64,000 nucleotides of DNA from the human T2T-CHM13v2.0 reference genome, Homo sapiens. The stretch is taken from NCBI RefSeq assembly GCF_009914755.1, contig NC_060926.1. One strand, 5' to 3'. Below are positions 1 to 14,149 of the stretch, piece by piece; position 1 is the stretch's first letter; each line of letters opens with the position of its first letter. Both the position numbers and the translations under genes were made by a program. The notes under the pieces were generated by a model. That model ran no database searches. It was not told the DNA's origin and worked only from the letters and a program-made list of their open reading frames with translations.

Positions 1-731
1 TTTAGATTACATTATTATTAATGTTTACTAATCCTCCACATCATTGTTAGTTGTTTGTAGGAGCTATGACTACTACTCATACACCAGCCCTTCCAGGAAT
101 CATAATAATGCTTCTATAATTTCCAAATCTAGCTCATTAGAAATGCTATGCAAGGCCATATTAACAAAAATCAAACATGCAAAAGGCCAAAGTTTGATTC
201 TAGTTTAGATTGATTTAAGATCATTTAAATTGGTTCTAGTTTAGATTGATTTCTAATAAGTTAACATTAAGCATGAAGAGAATGTTTAATATGTCCAATG
301 CTAAAAATAACACATTAGACTTTTTCAATTATTAACTATGAAGTTCATGAAATATCCATGCTTTTTGAGTGTCCTCTTATTCCATGATGTTTCACAAATG
401 ACCACTCAGAAAAGTCTGAATGATGAATGATGCCTTGTGTTTCCATATTTTCCTTCTTTATGGAGGTTGCTGTACTCTAATCTTAGTCAAATGAGTTAAA
501 ACTATTTGTTTAAATTTAGTTATCCAACTGTTTTCCTAAAAATCTTCGAGGATATATTGAAAGTTAAAGTGATTTGAATTGATCCTCCTTCATAAAGTAT
601 TTTTTCTTCAAATATTGATATTTAGATCACCTAAATCAGGAAAGATACTGAGGTGGGTTGCAGCAACCTCTTAAAATTAGCAGCAACCCTTGATCTTACA
701 TTGATGTGACTTTATCAAGACCAGCTGTTGG

Positions 732-1342
732 GTACTTCCATGTTCATTGCAGCATTATTCACAAAGACCAAGTTATGGAAACACCCTAAGTGTCCATCAA
801 TGGATGAATACATAAGGAAAAGGTGGTATATAAATACACAATGGAATACTATTCAGCCTTATAAAAAAAGGGAATTTTGTCATTTGTGACAACATGGATA
901 GAACTGGAGATTATGCTAAGTGAAATAAGCCAGGCACAGAAAGACAAAGACTGTAAGTTCTCACTTAGATGTGGAACTAAAAAAGTTGAATTCATAAAGA
1001 GTAGAATGATGGTTACAGAGGCTGGGGATTTGAGGGAATGGGGAAATGTTGGTCAAAGGGTACAAAATCTTAGACAGAAGAAACATGGCTTTTCTTGAGA
1101 TCTGTTGCACAGAGTGGTGAATATAGTTAATAATAGTGTACTGTACATTTCAAAATCGCTAAGAGTAAATTTCAAATATTCTCACCACAAAAATGTTAAG
1201 TATTTGAGGTGATGGATATGTTAATTGGCTTGATTTAATTATTCCATATTGTATTCACAGATCATAACATCACTTTGTACCCCATAAATATATACACAAT
1301 AGTAAATAGTCAATTTACAATAAAATAAAAAAGAAAAAAAAA
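732..1342 (+). mobile_element. 5'-truncated old LINE-1 (L1M/L1MA-type) ORF2 end + 3' UTR
   Basis: L1 signature CATGTTCATTGCAGCATTATTCACA...AAGTGAAATAAGCCAGGCACAGAAAGACAAA; ends in AATAAA + A-rich tail; flanked by AAGACCAGCTGTTGG (717-731) / AAGAATAGCTGTTGG (1341-1355) as probable TSD. Confidence 0.9.
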
Positions 1343-1639
1343 GAATAGCTGTTGGATTTCTGGGCAAGACCTTCTTTAAATTTTCATCCAGAAATAACCA
1401 GAATACACTGGTGTTGTCATTGGTTCCCAGGGGCTCAGGAGGACAGGAAAGAGAAAAGGGGGAAAAAAGGAGTTGAGAGAGTGAGGACTGAGTCAAAGAC
1501 GAGGGCGAAAGTGAGTGAAGGGAGAGGTACCATTTTGTGATTGCAAACTCTTACCCTTCCTTCACCCTCCACTGTTTAGAATTTAAAAGTTTTGGCCAAG
1601 AAAAAAGTGTTAAGACTGCTTTTTGATTAATTATAATAC

Positions 1640-1711
1640 CTTCACGTGGTGTCATCTCTTTGGGCTTTGCAACAACTTTTTTGGCATCTTTCTTCACAGC
1701 CTTTTTGGTAA
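1640..1711 (-). CDS. TTN: TTN exon 113, PEVK (VTKKAVKKDAKKVVAKPKEMTPRE)
   Basis: 72 nt, long poly-U tract + AG, donor GTATTA, phase 1/1. Confidence 0.93.
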
Positions 1712-2177
1712 CTAAAAAAAAAAAAAAAGAAAAAAAAAGAAAAAATATTTCTGGTGTAAGTAACTAAAATGCTTTCAGGAAACTAGGAATTTTATTGAAA
1801 TATTTTATTTTTCCATATGTTGATAGTAGCGAGATTCTGCATATTACTACAAGATATTTGTTTTGGAAAGATCTAGGACTAGATGCAAAAAAATTGTTTT
1901 GGAGGGATATAGAAAATGTACTGTGATCTTACATCTTCACTGATTTTATGTCTGCTGAGAGTTAAAGTTTTCAGAACATGGAGTGTGAATCTAAGTGATA
2001 TCATAAATAGTAAAGTACACATTTTCATCTTTGCTTCATCCTTAGGGACGAACACAAATATGTTAGGAGGAAGAGTAACAAGTGGGTTTAAAGTCCTTTG
2101 TTGTGCAGCTGTTATACCTTAACCACGGTTCCTAATCATACTTGATTATGGCCTTTTGTATTCATGAATAAATAACA

Positions 2178-2814
<637 letters not shown>

Positions 2815-3919
2815 TCTTTTTTAATTTTTAAAACATTATTTAACTTCTCAAGTTTCACAGTGAGTACCAAACTTAGCCATGTTGATACTACCAGTCAAAG
2901 AACAAATCATTCATTAACATAAGTTATTATTTTTGACAACAGAAATAGAAATGGAAATCCAATTTATGATTGTTGATTCTTGTTCCTCTCTGTTCTCACA
3001 GCTAGATAAAATGCTTATGTTCGTATGAATCATAAAAATGCTTCTCTTTGTTAATGAGGTTGCATTAGTCACAAAATTGGAAGTTTCTAATTGAATTTCC
3101 TCTAAGGCTGGCTGAAAAATAGGTCAAGCGTTTAATGCCAATTATAGCGGGTGTTAAGGGCCTACCATTTCCACCCCTTGAATCTAATACAGTAGTAGTG
3201 ACTTAGCTATAGAAAAATGTGATTTTGACATACAGAATTTTTTCTGACCATGCTGGGAGAATTCTGACAGCATTTCTGAACTCCCTATAACTCCAGAAAG
3301 TCCCAGGAAATCTGTTGTCTAATTTAGTTGAGAAGCTTTGGGACACAAATACTACAACTTCTCTACTGAGTATTTGAGAGGAGCAATTCCTTGGAACACT
3401 TAAGATCTCTTTATTGGTGAGATCATGCCTTAGGTACAAAAGAAGTCAAATATTTCATAAGTATTCTAAATCATATTTTATGTGACAAAATAGTAAATTT
3501 TTAAGAGTAGTTAATACTATAAATTGAGAAAAGCCACAAGCTATAATTTGCAATTTGGCTGTAAACTACTATGGTTTATTTCTATAAGCTGCACTAGAAA
3601 TTGGTTCCATTATTCTTTTTGTTATACATAGTAGTTAGGAAAATATGAAACATTAAATTAGTTCTCTATTAATGTTTCAGTAATTTCATTAAAATAAAAT
3701 ATTTTAATACCAAAATAGTATTTTGTTTGATGATTTTCAGAGTTTTAAGCACATAACTTACACATTTAGTTAGCTAATACTTTGAGAAAGTAATTTACAT
3801 TTTGAAAGGCAATTCCACCTCTTGACCACTAGAGGGCCAATGCGTTGTATTAAGCAACATTTTTCGGGTCAGCAGAGTGAAATTCTTATTTCGACATCTA
3901 GGTAGATGAGGTATAATAC

Positions 3920-4003
3920 CTTCAATACGTTTTGGTGGTGGTTTCTTTTCTTCGGGTGTTGGTAGCAAAAGGGGGATAGGAGGAGCAACCACAGGAGGGA
4001 TTT
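3920..4003 (-). CDS. TTN: TTN exon 112, first PEVK-type exon (EIPPVVAPPIPLLLPTPEEKKPPPKRIE)
   Basis: 84 nt, AG/GT, phase 1/1, P/E/V/K-rich. Confidence 0.94.
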
Positions 4004-4327
4004 CTGAAGAAAATAAATGCCGTTAGTAACATGTTTTAGTTTCTTATTTTGCGTAAAATATAATGAAAAGTCTCATGCATTTCTTTCAGTACTTCATAGG
4101 TATTATAGTACGAATTCATCAGTCGGAACAAATAAAAGTAGCATTTATTTATAACTGGAACTACTTTTTTTTTTTACTTTAATTTCTAATTGCTCACTGA
4201 AGAATATGACATGGAAGGGTTTGTTCTGACTCTGCTGCAGTTTGGTCGCTGGTATAAAATTTCGTACAGATTCCTAGTGCTAGAATATTGCTGCTCCAAG
4301 CTCAGATGTTGAGGTTCTGGGTCTTAC

Positions 4328-4387
4328 CTTCTGGTGGCACTGCTCTGATAGGCATGGTTGGGATTGGAACTCTGGAGTCAGGAATAT
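4328..4387 (-). CDS. TTN: TTN exon 111 (DIPDSRVPIPTMPIRAVPPE)
   Basis: 60 nt, CCCTTTCCAG acceptor, AG|GTAAGA donor. Confidence 0.93.
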
Positions 4388-4839
4388 CTGGAAAGGGACA
4401 TGTAATAAGCATAGAGAGACTGAGAACAAGCTATTTATTAGAAAACTAAGGTGTGTTTGATTTATTAGATCCTGAGATATGTCAGGCATATCTAATGGCA
4501 GAATCTAATATACAGACAAAATAATATTAGTATTCTTTTGTATGCAACCACGCAGGTAAGTTTTGTTCACTGTCAAAATTTGTTTCATTCTGTGGCTATT
4601 CTATTTAACATGATTCTAGCATCAGCTGAGTGAGACCTTATTATCTCTAATTTGCCAGACTCACAAGGTTTAACATTTTATTATTTGACTGAAAGTAATT
4701 CTACTGCATAACAGTTTTATTGAAAAATATTTTACCCAAAAGAGAAAGATATCTTATACATTTTAGTTTGGCTTCTGTGATTTACAAAATTATGCCAAAT
4801 TTATTGTAAGCAAGGATTGATTTTTACAAAACAACTTAC

Positions 4840-4866
4840 CAGGAGGCTTCAGCTCAAGTTTGATTT
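4840..4866 (-). CDS. TTN: TTN exon 110, micro-exon (EIKLELKPP)
   Basis: 27 nt, poly-U + CAG acceptor, G|GTAAGT donor, frame preserving. Confidence 0.9.
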
Positions 4867-4967
4867 CTGCAAAATAAAAAAAAAATGATATTTTTGTGTT
4901 CAGAATGGTATAGGTAGGCTACGTGTTTCGAAGATGGCAGGGTGGCTTTCTGATGGCGCTACCTCAC

Positions 4968-5045
4968 CTTTCGTCGTTAGGTACAGCTCTGCCGTGCTTC
5001 TTGCTTCACCTCTTGGCTCCAGCCGAGCGATGACCGAGTAGACAC
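4968..5045 (-). CDS. TTN: TTN exon 109, C-terminal part of N2A Ig I83 (GVYSVIARLEPRGEARSTAELYLTTK)
   Basis: 78 nt, AG/GTGAG, completes the Ig begun in exon 108. Confidence 0.94.
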
Positions 5046-5253
5046 CTAGGGTGAAAAATCATCCAACTTTTGTTTTCTGATATGTTGCAAATAACACTTC
5101 TTTACTTCAATATACGTATGTGTTTATTTACACTTGTCTTTTCTAAAAAAGCATTCTAGATAGAATGAGAGCATGAGCGCATACAGGGTAGAAATACAGA
5201 AAACAGACGAGGCTTAAATTATACATTCACTGGAAAACTGTCAATGAAATCAC

Positions 5254-5463
5254 CTTCATCGTCTGGGGTCACATTGTGGATGGTCATATAATGGCAGCGG
5301 CCATCATTCCTGAAGTTGTATTTCTGGCTCTCTGTCAGTTCTGTTGGTCCTTTGTACCATGTTACAATGGCATCATCAAAGGACACTTCACACTCAAAGG
5401 TGGCAGACTGATGCTCACTCACCACGATGTTCTGTATGCGCTTTGTAAACTGAATTGGTTCAG
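5254..5463 (-). CDS. TTN: TTN exon 108, N2A Ig I83 N-terminal part (AEPIQFTKRIQNIVVSEHQ...)
   Basis: 210 nt, AG/GT, Ig motif. Confidence 0.95.
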
Positions 5464-6946
5464 CTGTTTAAGTACAAAGAGGGTTCAAAGTTAGATTATA
5501 TAGAGAGGAATTTCTTTTACTTGCTTTTACCTCAGATACTTAAAATCTCCATCTTTGTACCCAGTTATAAAATAGCAAGAAAAGTTCAAAAATCCAAAAT
5601 GAGAAGAAATGCACTCTTCTTTGCATCACTAACAAAAAAGTATCCCAATTCTTAAGTGTATTCATGCTGGTCGAATGTAGCAAAGTGTAAAGAAATTATT
5701 GTGAGTTCTTAAAATATTTATATAAAGAACATACTAAAGAGAGCTAATGACCCAAAGTCAAATTAAATTTTAAAAGTGTTAGGGAACACAAACTTGATTG
5801 TACTCTACAACTTATTCCTCTGTGAAATTCTTTCTTGCCTCAGTAAAATAATTTTTGCTATTCAGGATCTATAATTGTTTATCTAATATGTATAACTTTT
5901 CCTGTAAAATAATTTCAAACGCAATCGGAAATCTGCACTTCTAAATTTCAAAAAGAAAAATTTTAGAGTTCAGAAATCTGCTAAGTACATATGGGCACAA
6001 ACAAAGTATGTGTGTGGATGGCAGGAGTGCTTTCTAGAAGAGGCTGGAGGGGAGGGTCTTATATGTATAACAGTACCATAAAGTCTTAGAAATCACAGTA
6101 CTCTGGTGAGCTCTATTTACTAAAGAATTATATTAAAAATATCAATTATTTAAAAAATAATTAGTACTTGCAGCTGGCCCTTTAATTTGAAAACCATTTA
6201 AAATACAACCAGTCACTGATATTCATTGTAAGGTAAGTCAGAAAAGTTGACATGCTTATGTAAATCCAATGTCATATATTTGTGTTTCAGCAACTACGAA
6301 TGGGCACCAATAGCTGAAAGCAGATGCTATTATCATAGCCAAAATTTTTCTCAATACAGTTTGAGGGTGTCTTTGGAAAATGTGTATAATCAATTAGGAA
6401 ATGAATGTTGTTACTCCTAAATTCTGAGATTTCACTTAATTTCAGAGATTCAGAAGGTTGAAACATGATCTGAAAATGAAATAAATATTTTTGAAAAATA
6501 GTTGCTAATTGCACATGACATGTTTATGTTATCTATATAATTTTGTACAGAGAAAGTCAGACTAAGTCCTATAAACAAAATATCAATTCCTAGCCAAGAT
6601 CCTCCAGATTTACATCTATGAGATCTTGTCCTTTCCTAGCTTTCTTTCTACAATCCTAGATATGAGAATCATGAAATTTAGACTTTAGACAGAAATAACT
6701 GTTAAAGATTATGTCTTAGACTAGATTAAAATCTAAAAGAACGATGCAAAAGAACTGACACTCATTTGAATATTTCCCTTGTGCTTTTGTATGAACTTTG
6801 AGATGAATACTATGAGAACGTGTGTTGGGAAATAAGAACACATGACCACTTTGGTGTGTGTCTACAGGTAGGGTTGCAGGGGTCCTGCACAACATTTGCC
6901 ATTGACCTATGCTGTACCCACAAGGACTCCATAGTGTTTCACGCAC

Positions 6947-7207
6947 CTTCGATTCTGAGTTCTGCTGAAGTTTCAAGGTCTTCATATTTGCAGGTGTACT
7001 GACCCTGGTCTTCTGCTCGAACATCTGCAATGGTCAATTTATGGACTTTGTGTTCCACTTCTGTTTTATGTCTACCTTGGGGTTTAAGGATTCTGCCATT
7101 TCTGAACCATTCAGATTTTACATTTGGTACAGAAAATTGGCATGTCATGGTGCAAGTCTGGCCTTCTTTCAGAGTCACATCCTGAAGATGCCGTTCCCAT
7201 GCAGGCT
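6947..7207 (-). CDS. TTN: TTN exon 107, N2A Ig I82 (EPAWERHLQDVTLKEG...)
   Basis: 261 nt, AG/GT, Ig motif. Confidence 0.95.
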
Positions 7208-7309
7208 CTGTTCATGTGATACAACACGCATTTTGTTCAATATCACACGCAGATGTGCTCAACAGTAATTTAAATCTCACAAGTATTTCATAAGCCTTTT
7301 CTAACTTAC

Positions 7310-7577
7310 CAATTACAGTTAGTTTAGCGCTAGCGATGTGTGGACCACAAACCAATCGATAATTGCCCTGGTCTTTAAGTTGACAGTTTTTGACTCTGAG
7401 TGTATGTCGGTCACCATCAATGCTTATTTCAAATTTATCACTGGGTTCCAGTTTTTCAGTTCCTTTGTACCACGAAAGCTTGATTTCTGGATAATTAATT
7501 TTAATGTCAATTTCAAAGACAGCATCATTATCTTTCAAAACTGTCTGATTTTCAATGTCCTTGATCAGAGTGACAGG
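7310..7577 (-). CDS. TTN: TTN exon 106, N2A Ig I81 (PVTLIKDIENQ...)
   Basis: 268 nt, phase 0/1, AG/GTAAGT. Confidence 0.95.
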
Positions 7578-7676
7578 CTAGGAGAATAAAGAATTAAAAC
7601 ACATTTGTTACTCCTTCCCTTATAATAATACTCAATAATAACTTGTTCATTTTATTATCAACATAATTCTTTTTAC

Positions 7677-7766
7677 CTCTGTCTGTGACAGTCTTTGCTG
7701 AATAAATGATACAAGTTCCTCAAATTCCTTTTCGTCCCTCTCTGACCTCTCTATTTCCTCAATTTC
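7677..7766 (-). CDS. TTN: TTN exon 105, N2A unique insertion (EIEEIERSERDEKEFEELVSFIQQRLSQTE)
   Basis: 90 nt, phase 0/0, AG/GT. Confidence 0.94.
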
Positions 7767-7973
7767 CTGAGAAGAACAAAAATGATAGGCATTACAGATG
7801 AAACAAAATTTGATTTAGAGGACGCATGACTATATTCAGCTTCCATTCTGGATGCTGGTTAGGTCATATTAAATGACGTCATATAACTATAGGATTCTGG
7901 TAATTCAAAGGGAATATGTGAGATGTTTTAAATGTGACTTTTTTAGCATGATGCTATATATGAAGGAGCATAC

Positions 7974-8157
7974 CAGTCTATGTGTCTCTTCTTCTTGGCT
8001 TTGCTTGAGCAGTTCAAATGCTTGAAGAAGACCTCGGAAGTCAGTGATTCCATACATGCGGGCATATTTTTCATATTCTTTAGGATCAACATTTTTGAGA
8101 AGTTCCATGATATCAATTTCCTCTTCTTCTCCAGCTCCTTTCTTTAAGATTGGAGTC
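7974..8157 (-). CDS. TTN: TTN exon 104, N2A unique insertion (TPILKKGAGEEEEIDIMELLKNVDPKEYEK...)
   Basis: 184 nt, phase 2/0, AG/GT. Confidence 0.95.
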
Positions 8158-8942
8158 CTAAATAAAATTTAAAAAGTAAGGATAAAACACCTGTCTTCTA
8201 CTTATTTTTAATTGTCTATCATCATTCAAAGATTATATACTTCATTAAGGTTTTCTATGTTCTTTATTCAATAAATATTAATTTTACCATGTTAGCTGTG
8301 AAACAATTTAAAAATGTGGGTTTGGAGATGGAGTCGATTAAGATCAGATGGATTAGGACCATTGTAATAAAATATAGATGTAGGAATGAAAATTTTAAGA
8401 AGGGAAAGGATAATAGAAGTATTTCTGTAAACTTTATAACCAAAGAGCCTAGCTAATGAATTATAATATCAGAAAAAATAATAATAGCAATGGAAAACTT
8501 TAATAATAGAATAGTATACATATCACGGAAACGATGTGTGGAAATTGAGTGTGGATTTAATTTAATAATTATGTTGAAAAATGAACCATATTGAAATGAA
8601 TGATAATTATGGAAAATGTTTAAAACAGTTGTTTTAGAGAACCATTCATAACATAAGAAATCATATATAGAAAAAAAGTTTCATACCTAGGCACAGACAA
8701 TACTGGGGTTTCTTTATAGGCCATTTCTTTTTGTTTAAAAATCTTAATAGACATTCACCTCATTCTTAAAACTTTCTCTTAAATTCGGAAATTGATTCTA
8801 ATGAAACAAGAACACCCAGATGTTGTGTATTTGCTTATCTGCTTCTGTGAAAATGTCTATATGCCTATGTTCTTTAACAATCTGAATCTTGAGATGGATG
8901 GCCCATGACTCTTGAGAGATTCTTTTTGTGAATGGGACATTA

Positions 8943-9225
8943 CAGTCATCCCTCTCTATGCCTGGGAGATTGGCTTCAGGAGGCCTGTGGCCAGATGCTC
9001 AAGTCCCTGATGCAAAATGGCATAGTATTTGCATGTAACCTATGCACATCCTCCCATATGCTTCATCTCTAGATTACTTATAATATCTAATACAATGTAA
9101 GTGCTGTGTAAATGGTTGTTATGCTGTATTGTTTATTTGTATTTTTAAATTTTTTGTTCTTTAATACTTTCCACTGGGGCTGGTTGACTGTGGATGCGGA
9201 ACCCACTTATATGGAGGGCTGATTG
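8943..9225. mobile_element. MER2-like TcMar-Tigger DNA transposon remnant
   Basis: TA-flanked imperfect TIRs CAGTCATCCCTC...GAGGGCTGATTG; internal GATGCTCAAGTCCCTGAT...TCTCTAGATTACTTATAAT typical of MER2. Confidence 0.85.
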
Positions 9226-9253
9226 TACGATTTGTGGTTTTTATTGAACTCAC

Positions 9254-9539
9254 TTTTTCAGCATTGCTCTAAGATCGCCTTCAATTTTCTCTTGTTTCTT
9301 CCTTTCATCCACCTGTAAGTTAACATTACTTTCAATTTCACCATGTTCGTTAAATGCCACGCATCGGTATAACCCAGAATCAGTTTTTGTGGTGTCCCTA
9401 ATCTCCAGTTTTGCTTCATCGCCTTTTTGGTGGATGAAAACACGACCTCCTTGGTTCAGCTGTCTCCACTTCCCTTTTGTCCATTTAACATTTGGGATTG
9501 GGTCACCTCCAACTTTTGCAATGAAGGTCGCAGTGGTTT
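9254..9539 (-). CDS. TTN: TTN exon 103, N2A Ig I80 remainder (TTATFIAKVGGDPIPNVKW...RAMLK)
   Basis: 286 nt, phase 1/2, AG/GTGAGT. Confidence 0.95.
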
Positions 9540-9661
9540 CTAAGGAATAATGAAAACAAGTGAATAAAAATTTAATTTTCTAAAATCAGTTCTTCCAAAA
9601 TTAAATCATAAGTAAAAGGTATAAGATAGATGAAGATGTACTTCTCATGAAGTGCACTTAC

Positions 9662-9754
9662 TTTCTACGACTCTGATACTCTGAGGTTCTGACACAAAAA
9701 AGAGTCTTCCATCTACCGCAGCTTTCTTGGTTGCTGGGGCCACAGCTGGTTTGT
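9662..9754 (-). CDS. TTN: TTN exon 102, start of N2A element (DKPAVAPATKKAAVDGRLFFVSEPQSIRVVE)
   Basis: 93 nt, AG/GTAAGT. Confidence 0.94.
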
Positions 9755-10325
9755 CTGAAAAAACATTTACATGTTTTGTTACTACAATCACCTCAGAATT
9801 ACAATACATATCCCCCTTTGTAAAATAAGCCTTAGGAGGTTGGCAGTTTGATAAGTAAGTACTGCAGAATTCTCTTTCTATGTAAGGGTGGGTTACAGAA
9901 GATAAAGCAGCTTCTCAGACATTTATGCTAATGATAGCTATCAAAGGTTGAACTATAATCATATTAGTAGTGTCAATATTTTTAGACTTGGTTTTATTTT
10001 TTCCAGGTGTATCACAACAGCCTACTTTCTATCGCATTATTATAGCATCATTTTTGGAACTGCGTTAATTACATCTTAATGGATATGGTGAAAAGAAGTT
10101 CAAGAAATAGGGTGGTAAACTTGTAGTAATTTCAGATACTTTGTATTGACATTATTTCTGTTAAATTACCTAATATTTCAATTATAATAAGGAGCCTACA
10201 AATTGCAGATGAGCAACAACTGATATTTCTAAAAATCTAATTCCATTTCTAGGGAAATCATAATAAGCAAATAAACATGAGTGGTTGCTGGCTTGAGCTG
10301 CATAATACTTTTGAGGTGTCTGTAC

Positions 10326-10613
10326 CTTTAATGGTCACTTTTGATTTGGTAGTGTCACTTCCAGCCACATTTGAAGCTTTACACACATAATCTCCCGAAT
10401 CTGCTTTAGCCACATCTCTGAGTTCCAGTACAGCTGTCCCACTAGCAAAGCTGAAGCTGCATCTGTCTGAAGGCTTTATTTCCCTGCCAGCCTTCAACCA
10501 CTGGATCCTAATTGGCTCAGATCCCTGGACATGGCAGCTGAGCTGCACGTATTCTCCTTCACTCACTGTTACTGGAGTAAGGTGCTGATCAAATACAGGT
10601 GGCTTCTTAGGTT
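10326..10613 (-). CDS. TTN: TTN exon 101, Ig I79 (EPKKPPVFDQ...)
   Basis: 288 nt, AG/GTACAG, phase 1/1. Confidence 0.96.
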
Positions 10614-12365
10614 CTGGAATTGAAAAGGTATTTTCATGAGGAACATAAAGGCAAAAAAGTATTAAATTCCACAAGAGAAACAAATAAAGAGAAAAACTGG
10701 CCTCTAACAGGTAACACTGTTGCTGTAGTAGGACAGAATTATGTGCCTGGTTTATTCCTCTCTAAAGACAATAGTTTAAATTTGTTGGATTTTTTAAAAA
10801 GATAAAGGTTTAAAAACAAGCAAAGAACACATCACATGCTGCCCACAAATTGCCCCAGCCTCTGTGTCCTTACTAAGCACTGCAGACATTGGCAGTTACT
10901 ATGAACTTCTTTGCCATATAGCACACTATTAATTCTCTCAAACCTGTGTACAGCGGTGTTTTTGCTGAAGCCTGAAAATGAAGGGCTTATTTGGGAATTC
11001 TGCTTATCTCCAGCGGCAATGATTGCTACCCTCTAGGAAAGAAAGCTAGCATTTGAGTAATACATGAGCCCACATATTTATATGTGATTTTCTCTGATGT
11101 TCATCTTTAGCTATTAAATGCAGCCACAGTAGCATTTAAAATCCAATCTTAGCCCAAGGGAATTAGGAGTTGAGGCTCAGTGTTTAACTGAAGACCAATG
11201 ATGAAGACATTGATGAGTAACATGATAGGAAGGCAATGTACAACTCAGTATTATGTAATGATTTTGTTCAATGGTTCTGAGACCTGTACCTAGAAAGAAT
11301 AAGGCCATTTTTTTTGTTATTGCAAAGATTAAAACTTCTGATGTCTATCCTTTAAAAACATTTTATAAATAGCTTCAGAATTCTATAGAAAGCATTTATC
11401 TGCCCATGGTAAAACCATCATGAGTGTAAATCATGAAGATAAGCCACTGCTAAGTATATATTTTTCATTTTATAAAATGTGTTTTAAAACTAAATGCATC
11501 TAAATTCCACAAAATGAGTGGTGAAACTGGAATTTTAAGACAACTCAGTGATATTTACTTATTAGTGATATCAGCCTATTAATAATAACTTACTACCTGT
11601 GCACTGTGAGATAACTAACCAGATCATAAGAGTTGGTAATTAATTCCAGGCTGCTCTAGGAGGTTAGTTTTTAATGTGATTTTGATGAAGCTATGTTGTA
11701 ATTACTGGAAGCCATTACAGTGAAGAGAAACAGATAAAGATATCCTTAAACAACATGGTCTATTTCATTTTCTCAAGCGATGATTGTGTATTTAAATATG
11801 TCTTCCATAATGATATGCAATGTTTTCTACCCATTATTTTTCTTTTTGGGCAAATGTTACCCTTTTGTCTGGGATTAATATTTGTTTGCAGGTCAAACGC
11901 TTTGGGCAATATACATTAAACAATAATCCTTTAGAAATACACTTGGAAAGGAGAAAGTTTCAGACTGTGATATAATATATAACTCAATAATAGTCAAGTT
12001 AATGTGATATTTGGTGATGAACATTAAAAAAATTTCAAAACAAATGTGCTTCATAAAAATATATGTCACATATGCACACATTTCAGAGTACGCTGAAACT
12101 TCTAACTACCTAAAGGAATTTTAGGATATGATTTAGAAACCTAAGATATTAGTCCGTTAAATGACACCTCCTTCGGGAAGCCACATAATTAAATTACAAT
12201 AATTTATATTTTTAGTAAACATATGGAGTGATAAATACACAGTTAAATAATGTGTATTTATATTTGTTATAACTTACTTGGTCAAGATATCATAAGAAAT
12301 GCTCATGGATATATAACAGGCAGTGAAGAAAAACACAACAGGTTGGGGCTGTGAGGATAACTCAC

Positions 12366-12656
12366 CTTTGATGACGATTGAAGACGTGCACAGAGCAGAG
12401 CCTGCATCATTGGACACTTTGCATGTGTACAAACCAGCGTCGTTCATGCCTGCTTTCCTGACTTGCAGCACTAACGTGTTGTTCTTGAATGTTATTTCAC
12501 AGTTAGAAGTTGGTTGTATCTCTATATTATTTTTGTACCAGGCAACAGTTATAGGTTGGGAACCAGCCACACGTCCCTCAAGTTTGAAAGAATTCCCTTC
12601 TGTTTCTTCTACTGTCTCTGAGAGTCTTTTAGTGAAACTTGGTGGGATGAGCCGCT
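12366..12656 (-). CDS. TTN: TTN exon 100, Ig I78 (ERLIPPSFTK...)
   Basis: 291 nt, AG/GTGAGT. Confidence 0.96.
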
Positions 12657-12884
12657 CTATAAGAAATTGCAAGGATATATGAAGTAGAAGCTAGAAGCAG
12701 ATTACTAATATGAAGCTTTTCAAGAAAAAAAACCCTCATATTTTTAGTTAAAAATCAAGGCTAACCAACTAAATACACTATATCAGAATATGTTCCTAAA
12801 CATTTCAGCCTCCTTCTACGAGCTTATTCTAAACTGTTCTTTGACTTACAAGGTGGATGATAAGAAGTAACTCATGGCCATTTA

Positions 12885-13262
<378 letters not shown>

Positions 13263-13434
13263 ACAGATTTAAAAAATGACTTCTTCTCTAGATAAACTTA
13301 TTTCCTCTTAAACATTTTCTTTTCATTTGTTTAAAAATGTCCTAAATTGCATTCATCATCATAAAAACGACACCTTCAGGCTATACTACAAAATGATTAC
13401 ACTTTTGTTGGACCACTTGCAAAATAAACGATAC

Positions 13435-13722
13435 CTTTTATATTCAGCTGAGCTGTGCAAGAGTCTTTTCCCACTTCATTCACAGCATAGCAGGTATATT
13501 GTCCAGAATCTCCTTTGTCTACTTTGAGGACTGTCAGGTGGGCGCTGTTTTCCAGATAACTAATCTGGTACTTTCCGCCACTTCGTATTTCTCTGCTGTC
13601 TTTGGCCCAGCTGACCTTTATCGGTTGTGTGCCCGTGACGTGGCACTCAAAGTCAGCACTTTCTCCCACCACAGCATCCACAGGGGCAAGACGGATGTCA
13701 AAGAAGGGTGGGTTCTTCCCCT
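13435..13722 (-). CDS. TTN: TTN exon 99, Ig I77 (EGKNPPFFDI...)
   Basis: 288 nt, AG/GTATCG. Confidence 0.96.
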
Positions 13723-13861
13723 CTAATAGTAGAGCAGAAAGACAAGGTTTCAGGCTCAATATCTGGACCATGTCAGTTTACTGAAATAGAAATTTCTCCC
13801 TAAGTTCATATTTGATTATAATACTTTAATTCTAGAAATGAAAGTTTAAGAATCCACAAAC

Positions 13862-14149
13862 CTGTGAGAATGAGCCTGGCACTGGAAGAAGCAGAGCCTA
13901 TAGGGTTTGTAGCTGTGCAGGAATACTGGCCTGCAAGGCTCCGGTCAGTTTTAAAAATATTGAGTGTGGCTGTATTGTCTAAAAATGATGTTTGTACATT
14001 TGGGCTGTCTTTCAATGGCTTGCCGTCTTTATACCAAGACACGGAGATAGGTTCTGATCCACTTATGGCACAATCAAAAACAACTGGCAGTCCAACTGTT
14101 TCTTGAACATCTCTCAATTGTCGAGAAAATGATGGTGGAAGTTTTTGCT
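13862..14149 (-). CDS. TTN: TTN exon 98, Ig I76 ([10 protein letters not shown]...)
   Basis: 288 nt, AG/GTTTGT. Confidence 0.96.

Noticed and set aside
877-1098. ORF resembling L1 ORF2 C-terminus
   Set aside because: Degenerate fragment of the truncated L1, not a gene.
10850-11035. Possible decayed Ig exon in intron 100 (TTTCCTAG acceptor; FSKNTAVHRFERINSVLYGK)
   Set aside because: Similarity too weak, needs frameshifts, no Trp/Cys anchors in register; would need an HMM hit.
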